Part shown: positions 11,116-23,100 of the stretch, one piece after another
Layout: every line of letters starts with the position of its first letter
How positions within the stretch are numbered: position 1 is the stretch's first letter
NCBI GenBank assembly: GCA_034226945.1
Contig: CP120456.1
Location: 124,001 to 188,000 of the forward strand
Direction: 5' to 3'
DNA: 64,000 bases
Source of the DNA: Picochlorum sp. SENEW3
Taxonomy: Eukaryota
Program-made: the position numbers and the translations under genes
Notes under the pieces: model-generated
Seen by the model: the letters and a program-made list of their open reading frames with translations, nothing else
What the model was told of the DNA's origin: nothing
Databases searched by the model: none

Positions 11116-12411
11116 ATGTTGCACTCGCATGGGTATCGTCGTCGAGTGAAGGCGGTTCGGAGGCATAGGCATGCGATAAAAGGTAAAAGTATAAGTCATA
11201 AAATTACCTTTTGGGGGAAATGGGAGCGTGTTTGGAGGGACATTGGAGGTACGACCCACATGGCTTTGACGTGGCTGTTGGCAGTTGCTGCGGCTGTGTT
11301 GGGATGGGTATGGGAGGTGTTGAGAGTGGATGTGATTCCTGCTATTTCTCGATGGTTACAACATGCCTGTGAGAGGGGGGAGGAGGAGGGAGGAGAATGT
11401 GTGAAGAGTGACAGTCCGAGAAGTGGAGTGTCACAAGGTCCGGATGGTGCATCTGTGATGCGTCATCCAGAGAGAGCGAGAAGCATTGAAACGCGTGCTG
11501 GGGATGCATTGAAAGAGGACTTGGCTGGGGGGTCTCTGGAGGAGGAGAGGTTGAGTCTTGTGTCGTTGCCATCATCTCCTACAACCCCCATCCTATCTCA
11601 GTCTGGAGGGCAACTGCATATGCATCGTGACGAGGCGGTGGAGTTCTCTCCTACAAAGGATGTTCATGCGTCGGATGGTACAGAAGGGAGACTAAAAGGG
11701 AGGCATTCAAGGAAGCGGAGAAGTAGAAAGAAGGCTGTGCCTGCTGAGACAGACATGCATCATGTGACAAAGGTGAGTACAACGACACAAGAGGAAGCAC
11801 ACGAGCGGTGTGATGAGATCAAAGCGATGCGTCGTGATGCGTCTTCTTCTCCAGAGAAGCAGTCATCCTCATCACCCATGTGGAGAACGCCCCCTCCGTC
11901 TGTGAGTGAGACTCCCTTTCTGGTTCATCAGAATAGCGCTCCTAGGAATAATAGTGGTTGTAGAAATCGCAGTAGAAGTACTGTTATTAATAGTAGTGGT
12001 AGAGCAAAAGACCATACGGCTCCGTTGAGCGAGGGTCAGGATTCCGAATTGGCTGGAGCCTGGCTTGCAGCATCAATGGCCACTGCTAATCTTGGGCTGG
12101 ATACCTATGAGACGGACTCTCAGGTTGTCGAAGCTCCCGCAACTAAACCGATGGGCAGCTCTCGGTCTATTGTTGACAAAAGATCAATCGCATCTGCATT
12201 CAGTGATGTTTCTTGGACGACCTCTGGCTCTTTGAGTTTTACATCATCATCACTGCCATCTACTTCATTTTCAGTAGCTCAACAGCATTCATCAGATGCA
12301 ATGCATCCTGTACAGAGCTCTTCCAAGGAGGATACCAAGCTCCATAGTACTATTATATCATCGTCATTCCAGAACATTCGTGATATTTGGGAACACGAAT
12401 CGGAAGAATAG
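11116..12411 (+). CDS. Hypothetical protein: basic N-terminus, one hydrophobic segment, long Ser-rich disordered tail
   Basis: 447-codon open frame with no recognisable domain. First ATG at 11116. Confidence 0.6.
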   Translation: MLHSHGYRRRVKAVRRHRHAIKGKSISHKITFWGKWERVWRDIGGTTHMALTWLLAVAAAVLGWVWEVLRVDVIPAISRWLQHACERGEEEGGECVKSDSPRSGVSQGPDGASVMRHPERARSIETRAGDALKEDLAGGSLEEERLSLVSLPSSPTTPILSQSGGQLHMHRDEAVEFSPTKDVHASDGTEGRLKGRHSRKRRSRKKAVPAETDMHHVTKVSTTTQEEAHERCDEIKAMRRDASSSPEKQSSSSPMWRTPPPSVSETPFLVHQNSAPRNNSGCRNRSRSTVINSSGRAKDHTAPLSEGQDSELAGAWLAASMATANLGLDTYETDSQVVEAPATKPMGSSRSIVDKRSIASAFSDVSWTTSGSLSFTSSSLPSTSFSVAQQHSSDAMHPVQSSSKEDTKLHSTIISSSFQNIRDIWEHESEE

Positions 12412-12451
12412 TTACTTTTTACTATTTACTATTTAAAAGTGTATAACATTA

Positions 12452-13472
12452 TTACAGTGGGTATGCATCCAGCTTCTTCACGAGCGTGTCAACCTTGTCC
12501 TTGGAATATTTCGTGCCTGCCCAGAAGAGATGCTTGCTCGCCTTGTGTCTATCCAGATAAAACTCCCCACTTTCCAAATCTTTCTCTGGACAGACAGAGA
12601 GCCACACTGCAGTATCAGCCCCTTGCTCTAAATTTCTCAACTTGCCTTTTAATTTCTCATAGAAACCAGGAATACTGCTCTTCACGCCCTCTGTTTCTAC
12701 CCAGCCTGGATGCATAGAGTAACATGACACTCCATCCTTGGCCCAATGCTCTGCAAAATATTCAGCAAGGGCAATCTGCCTCCTCTTATCCCTCGCATAC
12801 AAATCTGATCCATCTTTGGTTTTCAAAGTACGGCTCTCGAGATCGTCCACTTCCAACCCCGATGTCAAGGCCCCTCCAGAGCTCACCATGATGACCCTGC
12901 TCGGTGATGATGCTTTCAACACTGGCTCCAAACCCTTTGTCAGCGCATACGTTCCCAACGTATTCGTCGCAAAATTAATCTCATAACCATCAATTGATTT
13001 TGAACCATCGTGAATGAGTACCCCAGCATTATTGACCTGCACGCATCATCATGACAAGGAATTCTATGATGTGACAGTACAAATCACTTTATGCACAACG
13101 AACCAGCACATGTAACGGCCTTCCACTCGCCACATACTCCCCACACATGTTCTTAATTGATTGCAACGATGATATGTCACAGAGGACAAGGTGCACATCC
13201 TCATTCCGCGTCAGTTCTTTGACCTTGTTCACAGAAGCTCTCCCACGCTCCTCATTCCTACACACCATATACAAAGACCCCCCTCGTTTCGCCAACTCCA
13301 GCGATATCTGAAAACCAAGGCCTTGATTCGCTCCCGTCACCATGCATGTTTTACCTCGCAGCGATGCCTCCTGCACCATGATGGAATTGTCAAAATGCTT
13401 GGCAGCTTGCTCATATCCTCCCTTGGTAAAATGCTTCAGTCCAGTGTAGAGAAACAACGGAACCCGCAACAT
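12452..13472 (-). CDS. DHRS12: Short-chain dehydrogenase/reductase, DHRS12-like; exons 13472-13104 and 13036-12452
   Basis: FTKGGYE, VTGANQGLG, VNNAG, YARDKR and SMHPGW. A GT..CAG intron joins LHVL|VNNAG. Confidence 0.85.
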
Positions 13473-13691
13473 GATGATACAATATAAGAATAATACTACT
13501 ATTAATGACAAAGGACTCTAGGCTGCTCCAAGGCTTCTAAAGCCAATCAAAAAAGGTCCAGATGACAATTCCTTGAGTGTTTAAATGTTCCAAATACGAT
13601 GTCTCATCCCTTGGCATCTCTTTTACAATCCACCCTCGAGTCTGTTGAAAATAGTACCATTCCGAATATTGTATTGGTATGGAATTCCAGT

Positions 13692-13970
13692 ATGTCACAG
13701 AGCCACCAGGAGCACGGTGACTGTTCGAGTGAAGAAAATACAATTGCGTCAGCAGGTGGGTTTGAATGGTCGCTTGAATAACTACGAGGCAATAATCATC
13801 CACATCATCTGAATAATACAGGTGTTAGAGAGCACGAAGTCCATTCGACTCCTCAATCAGCGCAAATTAATCGCCACGTGTCGGTAACTGCGTACACAGA
13901 CAAGGGTTTCTTCAACGCTTTTGAGGACGATTTCGACGAATCAGATCTGAATACTCGACAGAATGGTTGA
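13692..13970 (+). CDS. Small acidic protein, SMAP1/CSNAP(CSN9)-like, about 70 aa; exons 13692-13755 and 13822-13970
   Basis: The spliced product ends YTDKGFFNAFEDDFDESDLNTRQNG*, matching the F/D-rich C-terminal motif of plant SMAP and animal CSNAP/MYEOV2. The 66-nt GT-AG intron keeps frame. Confidence 0.75.
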
Positions 13971-14225
13971 TGATACCAAACATAATTATGAAGATGCGGT
14001 CACAGAGGGGTACTGCAAGCTGTGGGGAGAGTATAAACAAGTCATGATTGGGGAGTATTTTAGCAAGGATTCATTGAATGGAGGTGCAGGTATATTCGAC
14101 TTGGACACCGAATGTGGGTTTAAAGGTTCAATCGAGGAGCCGTTATCAAACTTTATGGATCAACAGACTGTTATTGCAGAGGCTGTAGAGCCTGGACAGG
14201 ACCAATCAGAATAATAATAAATAAA

Positions 14226-15146
14226 TCACCTAGTATTATTACATGTAGTATGCATTAATGTGGCTGTCGCGACGAGCACCGCGTGTCCTGAAATTTCTAC
14301 AGCATTCTCATGCTTTGTATCTATATAGACGGTGCCACCTCGTTTGGGGCAGATCTGCATGCCTGCGAGCGTGTCTGACTTGAATATATGTCCCCAATAG
14401 GGACCCAGCGTACAGTGCGCTGATCCAGTCACCGGATCTTCTGGGATGCCCACACCAGGCCCGAAAAAGCGGCTGACAAAATCCACGCCATGTGTCCCCT
14501 TGTCTTCTGCAGGAGCCGTCACAATGAACCCCCGTATTGTATGGTCCCGTGACAACTTTTCCAAGACATTGTTCTTGGGTACAATGGTCTCCACTATGTT
14601 TTGTGTCTCGCATACAATCATATAATCGTACAATCCTCTCCCGATATATACAATATCCTCCCGACCAAGACCCTCGAAACCATGATCAATCATGTCCTGT
14701 GCTATCCCATCCTCCTGGATGCGTGCTTCTCTTGTCACATCAGCTGGAAACATCATGCATATCCTCCCATCCTCTGCTTTCCTGCACACCAACGTCCCCC
14801 CTTTGGCATGAAATGTTATACTCAAAGACTCGGGGACATGGCCTAGCGTATACAACACGTGCGCCGTGGCCAGTGTGGCATGCCCACACAGAGCCACCTC
14901 TGACCCATCTGGTGTAAAGTATCGAATCGAGTACACATCCGTATCGTCCCGTCTCACAGCAAAAGCTGTCTCTGATTGATTAATCTCCATGGCCATGTCT
15001 CGCATCCATCTCTCCTCGCTAGCATTGGTAAGGGCTGTTTCTCCTGGCGTGCAGGTTGACTGGTCATCATCCAAAAGCACAACACCAGCTGGATTTCCAG
15101 CGAATGGCTTTGCTGTGAATGCGTCAACGATGTAATAATTTCTCAT
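14226..15146 (-). CDS. PhzF/PBLD-family isomerase (DAP-epimerase fold)
   Basis: VDAFTAKPFAGNPAGV, SETAF, EVALCGHATLA and SRFFGPGVGIPEDPVTGSAHC. Confidence 0.93.
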   Translation of the reverse strand: MRNYYIVDAFTAKPFAGNPAGVVLLDDDQSTCTPGETALTNASEERWMRDMAMEINQSETAFAVRRDDTDVYSIRYFTPDGSEVALCGHATLATAHVLYTLGHVPESLSITFHAKGGTLVCRKAEDGRICMMFPADVTREARIQEDGIAQDMIDHGFEGLGREDIVYIGRGLYDYMIVCETQNIVETIVPKNNVLEKLSRDHTIRGFIVTAPAEDKGTHGVDFVSRFFGPGVGIPEDPVTGSAHCTLGPYWGHIFKSDTLAGMQICPKRGGTVYIDTKHENAVEISGHAVLVATATLMHTTCNNTR

Positions 15147-15569
15147 CTATCAAGATATCTATGGTATCTCGCTGTCAGCAGAATGGTGGTTCCTCTCCCT
15201 TGCCGTGGAAGAACGAATTGCCTTGCGAGGGAGATTTGCAAAAAGTTTTCGAAGACACGTGGTTTTCAAAGTCAATCAAAACGGCCGTTGGCAATGGTGA
15301 ATAGTATAAAATTAAGGCATAGTATAAGTAGTATAGAAATATAGTATTGTTTGAGAACATCGTATGCTAGTAGTGTTCAAAATATGCCTATGTTCCAGGA
15401 TGCATTTGAATTTGAATCAAATGTCCGGACATTTCCGTACAGGATCCTTTCCGTACTTTGATGGGCATGCAAAAGGTCTTGTCAGCTACATTTCATACTC
15501 TGTATCTAGCTGAAGATACGAAACAACCCAAGACCAGGCATCGTCACCAGATGATGCCTGCTGTGCTCT

Positions 15570-18163
15570 TTAATTAGGTGCTGATTGCTCAAAAGATGTG
15601 ATATAGATGCCTTCTCCTTCCAAATCTGGTACAGATGGTTTTTCTGCCCTGAACATGATAGAATTGACTGCCTGCTTCTTTGGATCGGGGTCAGCAGGCC
15701 ATGGTGGCGATACCACTGGTCTCAATGCATAATAATATGCTTCCCATGTGGTTCCAACAAAGATGAGATTGCCATTGGCATATATTTTTACGAGATCGTT
15801 GCCAGTGTACAAGGTGTCTCCAGCATCTGAAGTCTCGATAATACCAGGCCTGAATTCAATGGACACAGCAAGGACATTGTCAGTATTATATCCAAAGCCT
15901 GTGGCTGAGGATGGTACATTGGTTGTGTTGGAGCCACTGCCGAAAGGACAGTTGTTTGGTTTGCCTGTGCAATCATTGACTGCTGCATTCTTGCTCACAT
16001 TGACGCGATCTTGGATTTTGAGATCAAATCCATCCACTCCATTATCGTTGATCTCGACGAATGACATTCTCCATGTGCTTTGTTTGGCTGCAGGTGTATA
16101 CTCGAGGCTAAACCCAGGCTGGGCAGTTTCTGTAACAGAACGGAACTTCATGGCTGAACAGAAGCAAGAACTTGTGGCGCTTGCCCCGAATTGAGGTGGG
16201 TCGAATGGTTTTGTGTTGTCTGTGCCATAGTTATTCCAAAGAGATGCTCCTGTCTCTCCTGCTGGGCCTACTCCTGGAGAGGTTGAAACATCAGAAAATC
16301 CAAAGGTGCTTTGCGCATTTGACACTCTCCAAACATTCACTCCATTGTATTCTGTAATGGCTTGGTCATACGGGCAGTTTCCTACGCAGTTTCCAAAGGA
16401 GTCTTGCATTGTCCATCCTGATTGTCCATTTATGTTTCCAAGTGTGAAGTTTGCGAATGTGTTTGCATCAGTAGTTGTTGGACAGTCACAACTTTCTGTC
16501 TGATACTCTACTGGAGAGCTGCAAGTTCTTCCCGCATCGTTCACAGCGACAACAAAGCATGTGTATGATACGCCTGCTGAGAGACCCAAGAGAACAGCTT
16601 CACTAGTGCCATATGGAATATCTGCCACACTAATGACATCTGTAGAATTGCATTGCACATTTTCACCGCACTGGACAGTGAATGTCTGCTCAGGTTTGGA
16701 TTTGTCACCATCGGTCCATGTGACAGCCCATGATGTGCCTGTGCTTTTGAATAAATCGGTAGCTACATCAGTAGGAGCTGGTGGCTGACACTCAGATGGA
16801 TAGCTGCAGGCACATGACAGTACTTATTCAGACCATGTAATCCAATCAATATTGAGCCAAAACAATGATTGTTTTAAACAAGGTTATCGTATGAACACGA
16901 ATACACGTGTTTGCCAAAGGCACTAGATCATGGCTATCATGCATACAACACAAAGGGCATACCTGTATGTCACTGGGGATGACGCAGCTGCAGGCTCGGA
17001 TGCACCTGATGGACCCTGAGACGCCACAGAGCACGTGTACTCTTCTCCAGCCTGGATCGACAAGGTGGTGTTGCGTTGCGTTGCCGCAACAGTCCCGTTC
17101 ACTGCTGGCGCTGTCAGAGACATGCAAGACACAAAATACCCAGTAATGGTAGAGCTTCTCTGTGGGGCTGCCCACGTCACAACAACAGATGATGTGCAGT
17201 CGCTTGCTGCATTGGCTTTGACATTGGTGGGAGATAGTGGATTTGGAACTGGAGGTTCCGTCTCCACGTCGGCAATCTCAACAGAACCCTCCAGGCCACT
17301 TGTGAGGGTAGCAGTCACTGCAGTTGCATTCTGTGTCAGCGTCTCTGTGAGGGACCAAGTATTCCTGAAGTCCTCGTATTCCACCTGGATGAGAACAACG
17401 GCACTGCCATCCGTCACGCGAAGCACAGAACACGTTCCTCCTGGCTGCAAGGACAACACATTGGCACAGACTTGGGCTTGCTCTGATGGACCAAAGGCAG
17501 ATGCGTTGGAGTACGCTCCAAACCTCAACTCAAATCTCACAACTCCTGGGAAGGGCATTGCCTCCTGGCAATACGACACTTTGCCATTTTCGGAGAGAGT
17601 CGTTTCCACAAAGCAACTGTACGTCTGATCCACCTCCAGACCTTGGACTGTGCCCTCCACAGCAGCTGGTTTGACTGGCAAAGATCCTCTCACGGACTGA
17701 CCCTGTGGGGTCGCATCGCATGTCTCGCCCTCCAAAACACACTTGATCGTGAATTGAGTCCCAGGAATGTTCGGACCAGTCTTGAAGCCCACGGTGATAT
17801 TGGGCAAATTGGCCTCCAAGATAACAGGCTGTCTGACCGAGGTCAGCAAACGATCGGCGTCATCTGCGAACAGCAAACACCACACATGAGTACCAAGCAA
17901 TCATCAATTGATGCATATATTCCACACTGTTGCTGTTTCCAGATGCGACGCCTTTGGATCTGACGACTGTCTACGTGACCGTCACACGGCCACGCGGGAA
18001 CCAGTCAAACATCACCTAGTGTGCCTTGTATGGCCAAAACACATCCAGAAAAATGACATCAAAACAATACTATATTCAGATTATTCGAGATCAACGTCAA
18101 ACACGCACCATTCTGTGCCCTGACACTTAGGGCAAGTACGAGTAACAACGCAAGTCTCCACAT
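15570..18163 (-). CDS. Secreted fibronectin type III-repeat protein with an unassigned C-terminal beta-rich domain; exons 18163-18109, 17863-16963, 16804-15570
   Basis: Exon 1 encodes the signal peptide MWRLALLLVLALSVRAQN and splices in phase to DDADRLL. FN3-like motifs: GLEVDQTYSCFV, PTNV..VVVTWAAP..YTCSVAS, GLSAGVSYTCFVVAVNDAG. Confidence 0.72.
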
Positions 18164-18811
18164 TGTTGTTATAGTGAAGAAAGAAACACGTCAATCAATG
18201 GACAATTGTCAGTCACAATGTAAAAATAGTTCACAAGGATATATGTATAAATACTTTTGGATTTCTTTTGAAGATTGGCCAATGCGCACACCTGATGATA
18301 TCCAGAAGATTCTCCGCAGAGACCAGGTCAACGGCCGCGCGCAAGCAAGTTGGCCGGCCAACTTGGGCAGCTGCCATCCCTGGTAATAATACCACTGGTA
18401 TACTGGGATGCAGTACTCCTCCTGTATGACTACTGTATATTCCTATCGATCTAATCTTCACAGTTGAAACATACTCGCATGCGCTGCGACATCATCATAT
18501 ATATGGAGCTTTGGCACGAGTGCATGTACAACAAGGTGTCTACACATCTTGAGTGCAGCATTGTACTGAGACATTGCCCCTTCTGATGGATATATACGCA
18601 TTCCTTGCGTCCCAAATATCCCTTGATCGATCAACCTTGTTTGTTCGAGCAAAGACTAAAGAATTCTTTATTCCTTTGATCAATCATTGAATGATTGCTA
18701 GCAAGCCTTGCAATTGTGCTTGCTTGGGATAAACATTCCACACACCTTTTTTTTACATTGTATTCTGATTCGTGAAAAATGGTGGATACATATTGAAAAA
18801 AAAAGCATTCC

Positions 18812-19438
18812 ATGAGACAGAGAATGTCGAAACGGAAAAGGAATTCCAGAAAAATTGACGACGAATTGGAAGCAGCAACGTCATTGACATCATTGCACCC
18901 ACAAGACAGGCATACCGCATTGGTGAGACATCTCTCCGAGTATTATAAAAAAAATGAATTTCAAGGAAAGACATTCGAGACGGATGACCAGGTCCTCAAG
19001 GAGAGCTATCGTTTTATTCGAACTGAAGACGACGACAGACAGCAGGCTCCTTGGGTTGTGAAGATGGCACGGACATACTACTCCAAACTCTTTCGAGAAT
19101 ACGCTCTTGTGGATCTGTCAAAAGCAGAGAAAAAGGGCATGGTGGGGTTGCGGTGGAGGAGCCATAAGGAAACTGTTCAGGGCAAGGGGCAGTTTGCATG
19201 TGGGGCAGTAGACTGTCAAGAGCAATCTGGATTAGCATCATACGAGCTGCCATTCAAGTATATAGAAGCGGGAGAGAGAAAGGTGGCGCTCGTCAAGGTA
19301 CGAGTCTGCCCAGACTGCAGCAGAAAGCTGCTCGCAGCTCGCCAAGACGCATCAGCCAGCGCTGGAAGAGGAGACAACAAGAGGCGGAAAGAAAAAGCAG
19401 CACACAAGGACGCCATGTTTACAGGCCTGTTTGAATGA
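18812..19438 (+). CDS. FRA10AC1: FRA10AC1-family spliceosomal protein
   Basis: YYSKLFREYALVDLS, GLRWR..KE...GKGQFACG...C and ALVKVRVCPDCSRKL. Confidence 0.9.
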   Translation: MRQRMSKRKRNSRKIDDELEAATSLTSLHPQDRHTALVRHLSEYYKKNEFQGKTFETDDQVLKESYRFIRTEDDDRQQAPWVVKMARTYYSKLFREYALVDLSKAEKKGMVGLRWRSHKETVQGKGQFACGAVDCQEQSGLASYELPFKYIEAGERKVALVKVRVCPDCSRKLLAARQDASASAGRGDNKRRKEKAAHKDAMFTGLFE

Positions 19439-19448
19439 ATACAGTATT

Positions 19449-19763
19449 CTATTTCGGATTTCGAAGCACCAAGATGACACCGTCCCCACGCAGAAACATC
19501 TTGCTAATAAACCTGTCCTTGTTCACAGGCTTGCTTCCCTTGGAACCCCTCCCAGACTTGGGAACCTCGGTCCAAAACTCCCGCACATTCTCCAAAATCA
19601 TATTGCAATGGCGATCAAATGCCTTGACTCTCCCTAATAATTTTCTATTATTTCTACAGTTGATCAAAACCTGAGAATTCGTCTTGACGCTCATGGTAAG
19701 GACGGACAAGGGTCCTGTTTTGAACAATTCCTCCTCCTTCTTCTCCAGGTCGTCCACCGACAT
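19449..19763 (-). CDS. SMD2: Small nuclear ribonucleoprotein Sm D2 (may have a short upstream exon)
   Basis: [39 protein letters not shown] and [21 protein letters not shown]. Confidence 0.96.
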   Translation of the reverse strand: MSVDDLEKKEEELFKTGPLSVLTMSVKTNSQVLINCRNNRKLLGRVKAFDRHCNMILENVREFWTEVPKSGRGSKGSKPVNKDRFISKMFLRGDGVILVLRNPK

Positions 19764-20189
19764 GTCTGTCGCCTGACCAGATGCCTATAATAGTAGTCAA
19801 AATTGTTACAGTGATACGACCATTGGCATCAGATACTAATACTAATACAACGGACCATTATTAATTAATTAGTGGTGATTGGTTGTTGATAGGTGCTGTT
19901 TCTTCCCTCCTCTCGTCGCATATATATGCTTGATGAATGGTTTTCTTTTTTTATTTTTGCTACTACTACTATGTACCATCAGCTACACAAAACAGTAGCA
20001 AAGAGCGACATCGTGCATCAGAATACAATTCCTATCAAATGGATCCTTGGATGGGACATTGCCATACCACATAGCGACATGTGTTCTGACTGGATCGTGG
20101 CAGCAGCAGCCATCCAGTCAGTATGGTCTGATGGATACCAAGGGCTACTGAAATATTCAGATTTATTGTTATATATACATTGTAAGGAG

Positions 20190-23100
20190 ATGTGGCGTAC
20201 TCTGGCTGCTGCTCCAGCGTCAGAAAGGCTGGCAGCCTGGGTGGAGATTGAAACTCAGGTGGAGAGCCAAGGTGGGTGGGTGGGTCGATGCTATTGGGCG
20301 GGGGGTTGGGGATTATTATATATACTGTGATGATGCATTGTGTATTTTTGACATGGCGCATTGCAGGATGGTGGATGTTTACTTGTCATGATGACACGTT
20401 TGAAGTATTCCTCTGAGTTTACTGGTGATGATATTGCATGCGCAGGATATGTGGATGAGCATGCGGGTGAGCTGAGCCAGGTGCTTGTAGAGACAATGCA
20501 TGTGCATCTGCCGAGGCAATGTCAGAAGATTCGGCATTCGATTATTGAACATAGCATCAGGGAGAGCAAGGAATTTGCACAGAGGTTTGCAGTGGAGATG
20601 GTGCAGGGATCCAAGTCGTGTGCGTGTGTTGGGAAATGCAAGTTGTTGTTATGGTGGAGTGCATGTGTGTTGAGAGTGTGGGGTGCGGATGGAGAGATGG
20701 GCAAGGCTGTGCAAGGGCTGATTGGCATGCAGGAAGCTGTGTTGCAGCATCTTGTCAAGGTCAATCGTGTGCCTATGAAACGTTCTCATAATAGTATTCG
20801 GCTGGTTCTTATGGGACAGCCGTCTTTGTTGGATGCGTACCTGGCGAGGTGTGAATCATCCGTATCTGGGTCTGCTGGGCTGGTGTGCATGCTTTGGTCT
20901 GCTGTGGCTGTGCGCGGGACGCTTGATGTGGATGGAGCACGGAAACGGTTATTGAGTGTCTTTGTTGATAAAATACTGTCGTCGAGGAAGAGTGTACCTG
21001 ATGGGCATGAGCTGGCGTGCTTTAGGGGTGTGTTGTCGGCAGTAACTCTGGAGGAGTTTGAAACACTGGTGTTGCCTGTTGCGGTGAAGATGGCCAAGCG
21101 ATCTCCAGAGGTGTCCATGGGAATCACCAATTATGCTATTCATGCTGTTCGTATAGATCTGAGTGCGTGCAGTGGTGAGTTTGGTCCTCTCATAATACAG
21201 CAGGCAAAGCATGGGAAAGAGTCTGTGAGGCAGTTGGCACATGAGATGATGGACGCTGTTGTCAGAAAGACTGCCGATGCTGCGGTTATACAGTCATATG
21301 CAAAAGATGTGAGTGATGCGTTGGTGGGAGCGAATGGCGCGAAGCTGAAATCTCCTCAGGAACGTGCTTCAATGGGCCGTGTGCTTGGCTCTATATGTGT
21401 GGCTGGATCCATGGTTGTTCTTCCAGAAGAATTTTCGTCAAGCATGTGTGAGACTCTTTGTGATGCAATTAAAGGAGAAGCGATTGCAGATGCGAAGATT
21501 GTACTGATAGAAACTCTAGGCAAATGGATTGAAGTGTGTGGCAAGAGCCCGCCAGGGTTTTGCCATGTTGCACAGACTGCCATCAAAGGGCCAGAAGGGG
21601 TGCGAAGGGCCTTCTTGGGAATGGCAACATCAGTGTGTTGTTCCAATGCAAAGGTTGCTGGTAGTTGTCTGGCATTTTTGGATGATTTGATACAGCTCAT
21701 CGTGGATGGGGTGCAGAAGGCTGCAGGCAGATGGGATGCCATGTTGTCCCTCTCGCAGGTTCTGCAATGTGCTCAGGTTGTCAGTGATGTTGAACATGCA
21801 TTGGAGAACAAAGGCATCTATGATATTTTAAATAGAGATGAATGTCCGTTTCTTCGTGTGGAAGACTTGAAGTCATTGTCAAAGGAGGACATGTATCATG
21901 CAGTGGATTTTGCACAACGGCTCTTGACAGTTTCAAAAAGGATATCAAAGGCGTACTTTGATAGAGCCTGTACGTGTTTGATCTTTTCTTCTATTCACTA
22001 TGATATAGAGATTAGAAGAAAGGCACAGTGTGCGATCAAGACGATTGTCAAATCTGATGACACGTGGGAAATCTCCTGGGGTTTGCTGGATAGTTTGTGT
22101 GCATCGCTTGACGATCCCAGAGTTGGAGATTTTCTGAGCCCCAAGCCTATGGAAATCTTGAAGAGCAACGTAGCAGTTCATGAGAGATTTTTAGGAAGTC
22201 TCATATCGATTGTCCCCGTACAGAATGCGACCAATGTACAGGCAGGTATTGCAGTTGGTGCATGTGTGTTGGCACACCATCACATGGTCAGTGGTGCACG
22301 TGGATACGATTCCGCGTGGCGTACAGTCCGGTCCAGTAGCCCCAATCTTCGAAAAAGTATCGAGGAGAATGTAGATGATGCTTTGGATACTATCTTGGGA
22401 ACAAGATGGGGAGTGTGTTCTATGAGTTGTGACCTTCAAACTGCAGCATTCCATGCACTCAAGTCCTTGGGGGCAATGTCCGGAAAGGTGCTGTTTGATC
22501 AATTTCTGGATAGGATGAACGTAAACCTCGACCCAACCAAACATGATTCATTATCGGCAAGAGAGATTCGCATATATGCAACCCCGTTTGGTAGACTTTC
22601 AAATGAATCTGAGGATGGAGGACTCATTCCTGCCGAACTTATGGAGGAAATGCTTGCAGATAAATCGTCATTAGAGGCCCCAACGTTTGAGCCATCATTG
22701 GAATACTCTATTTCATTCAGAGATGAATCTCTGGTGGAGGATTCGTCAACCAAAGGCAGGAAAGAAGATCCAGCAGCTGCAGCTAGAAGGAAACAAATAG
22801 CACAGGAAGCTGAAATTCGCCTGGAAGTGGTACAGTTGAGGGAGACTCTCTCAACGTATCTTCTTGCATTGGGTAACTTTGCATCTGGAGCGAAGAGTGA
22901 AGTCCAATCGCGGCTCATTGGTGTGGCTGAACCATGCCTTCGATTCCTGGCTTCACCTTTGCTTGGGGCATCGTCAGCTCTGCAGTGTTTGAACCTAATA
23001 ATATCTTGTCTGCCAGGCTTGATTGGAAGGCATCACTCTGTTTTATCTACTAGTCTATATTTGATTGCGAGGGAAGAGTCTAGGCCAGTACCTAACTATG

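Noticed and set aside
13963..14214. 83-aa ORF overlapping the SMAP-like stop codon
   Set aside because: No recognisable motif, and it lies where the 3' UTRs of two convergent genes are expected. It cannot be supported without expression data.
14226..15146. PhzF as evidence of a phenazine biosynthesis cluster
   Set aside because: No other phz genes are present, and PhzF-like proteins are widespread in eukaryotes.
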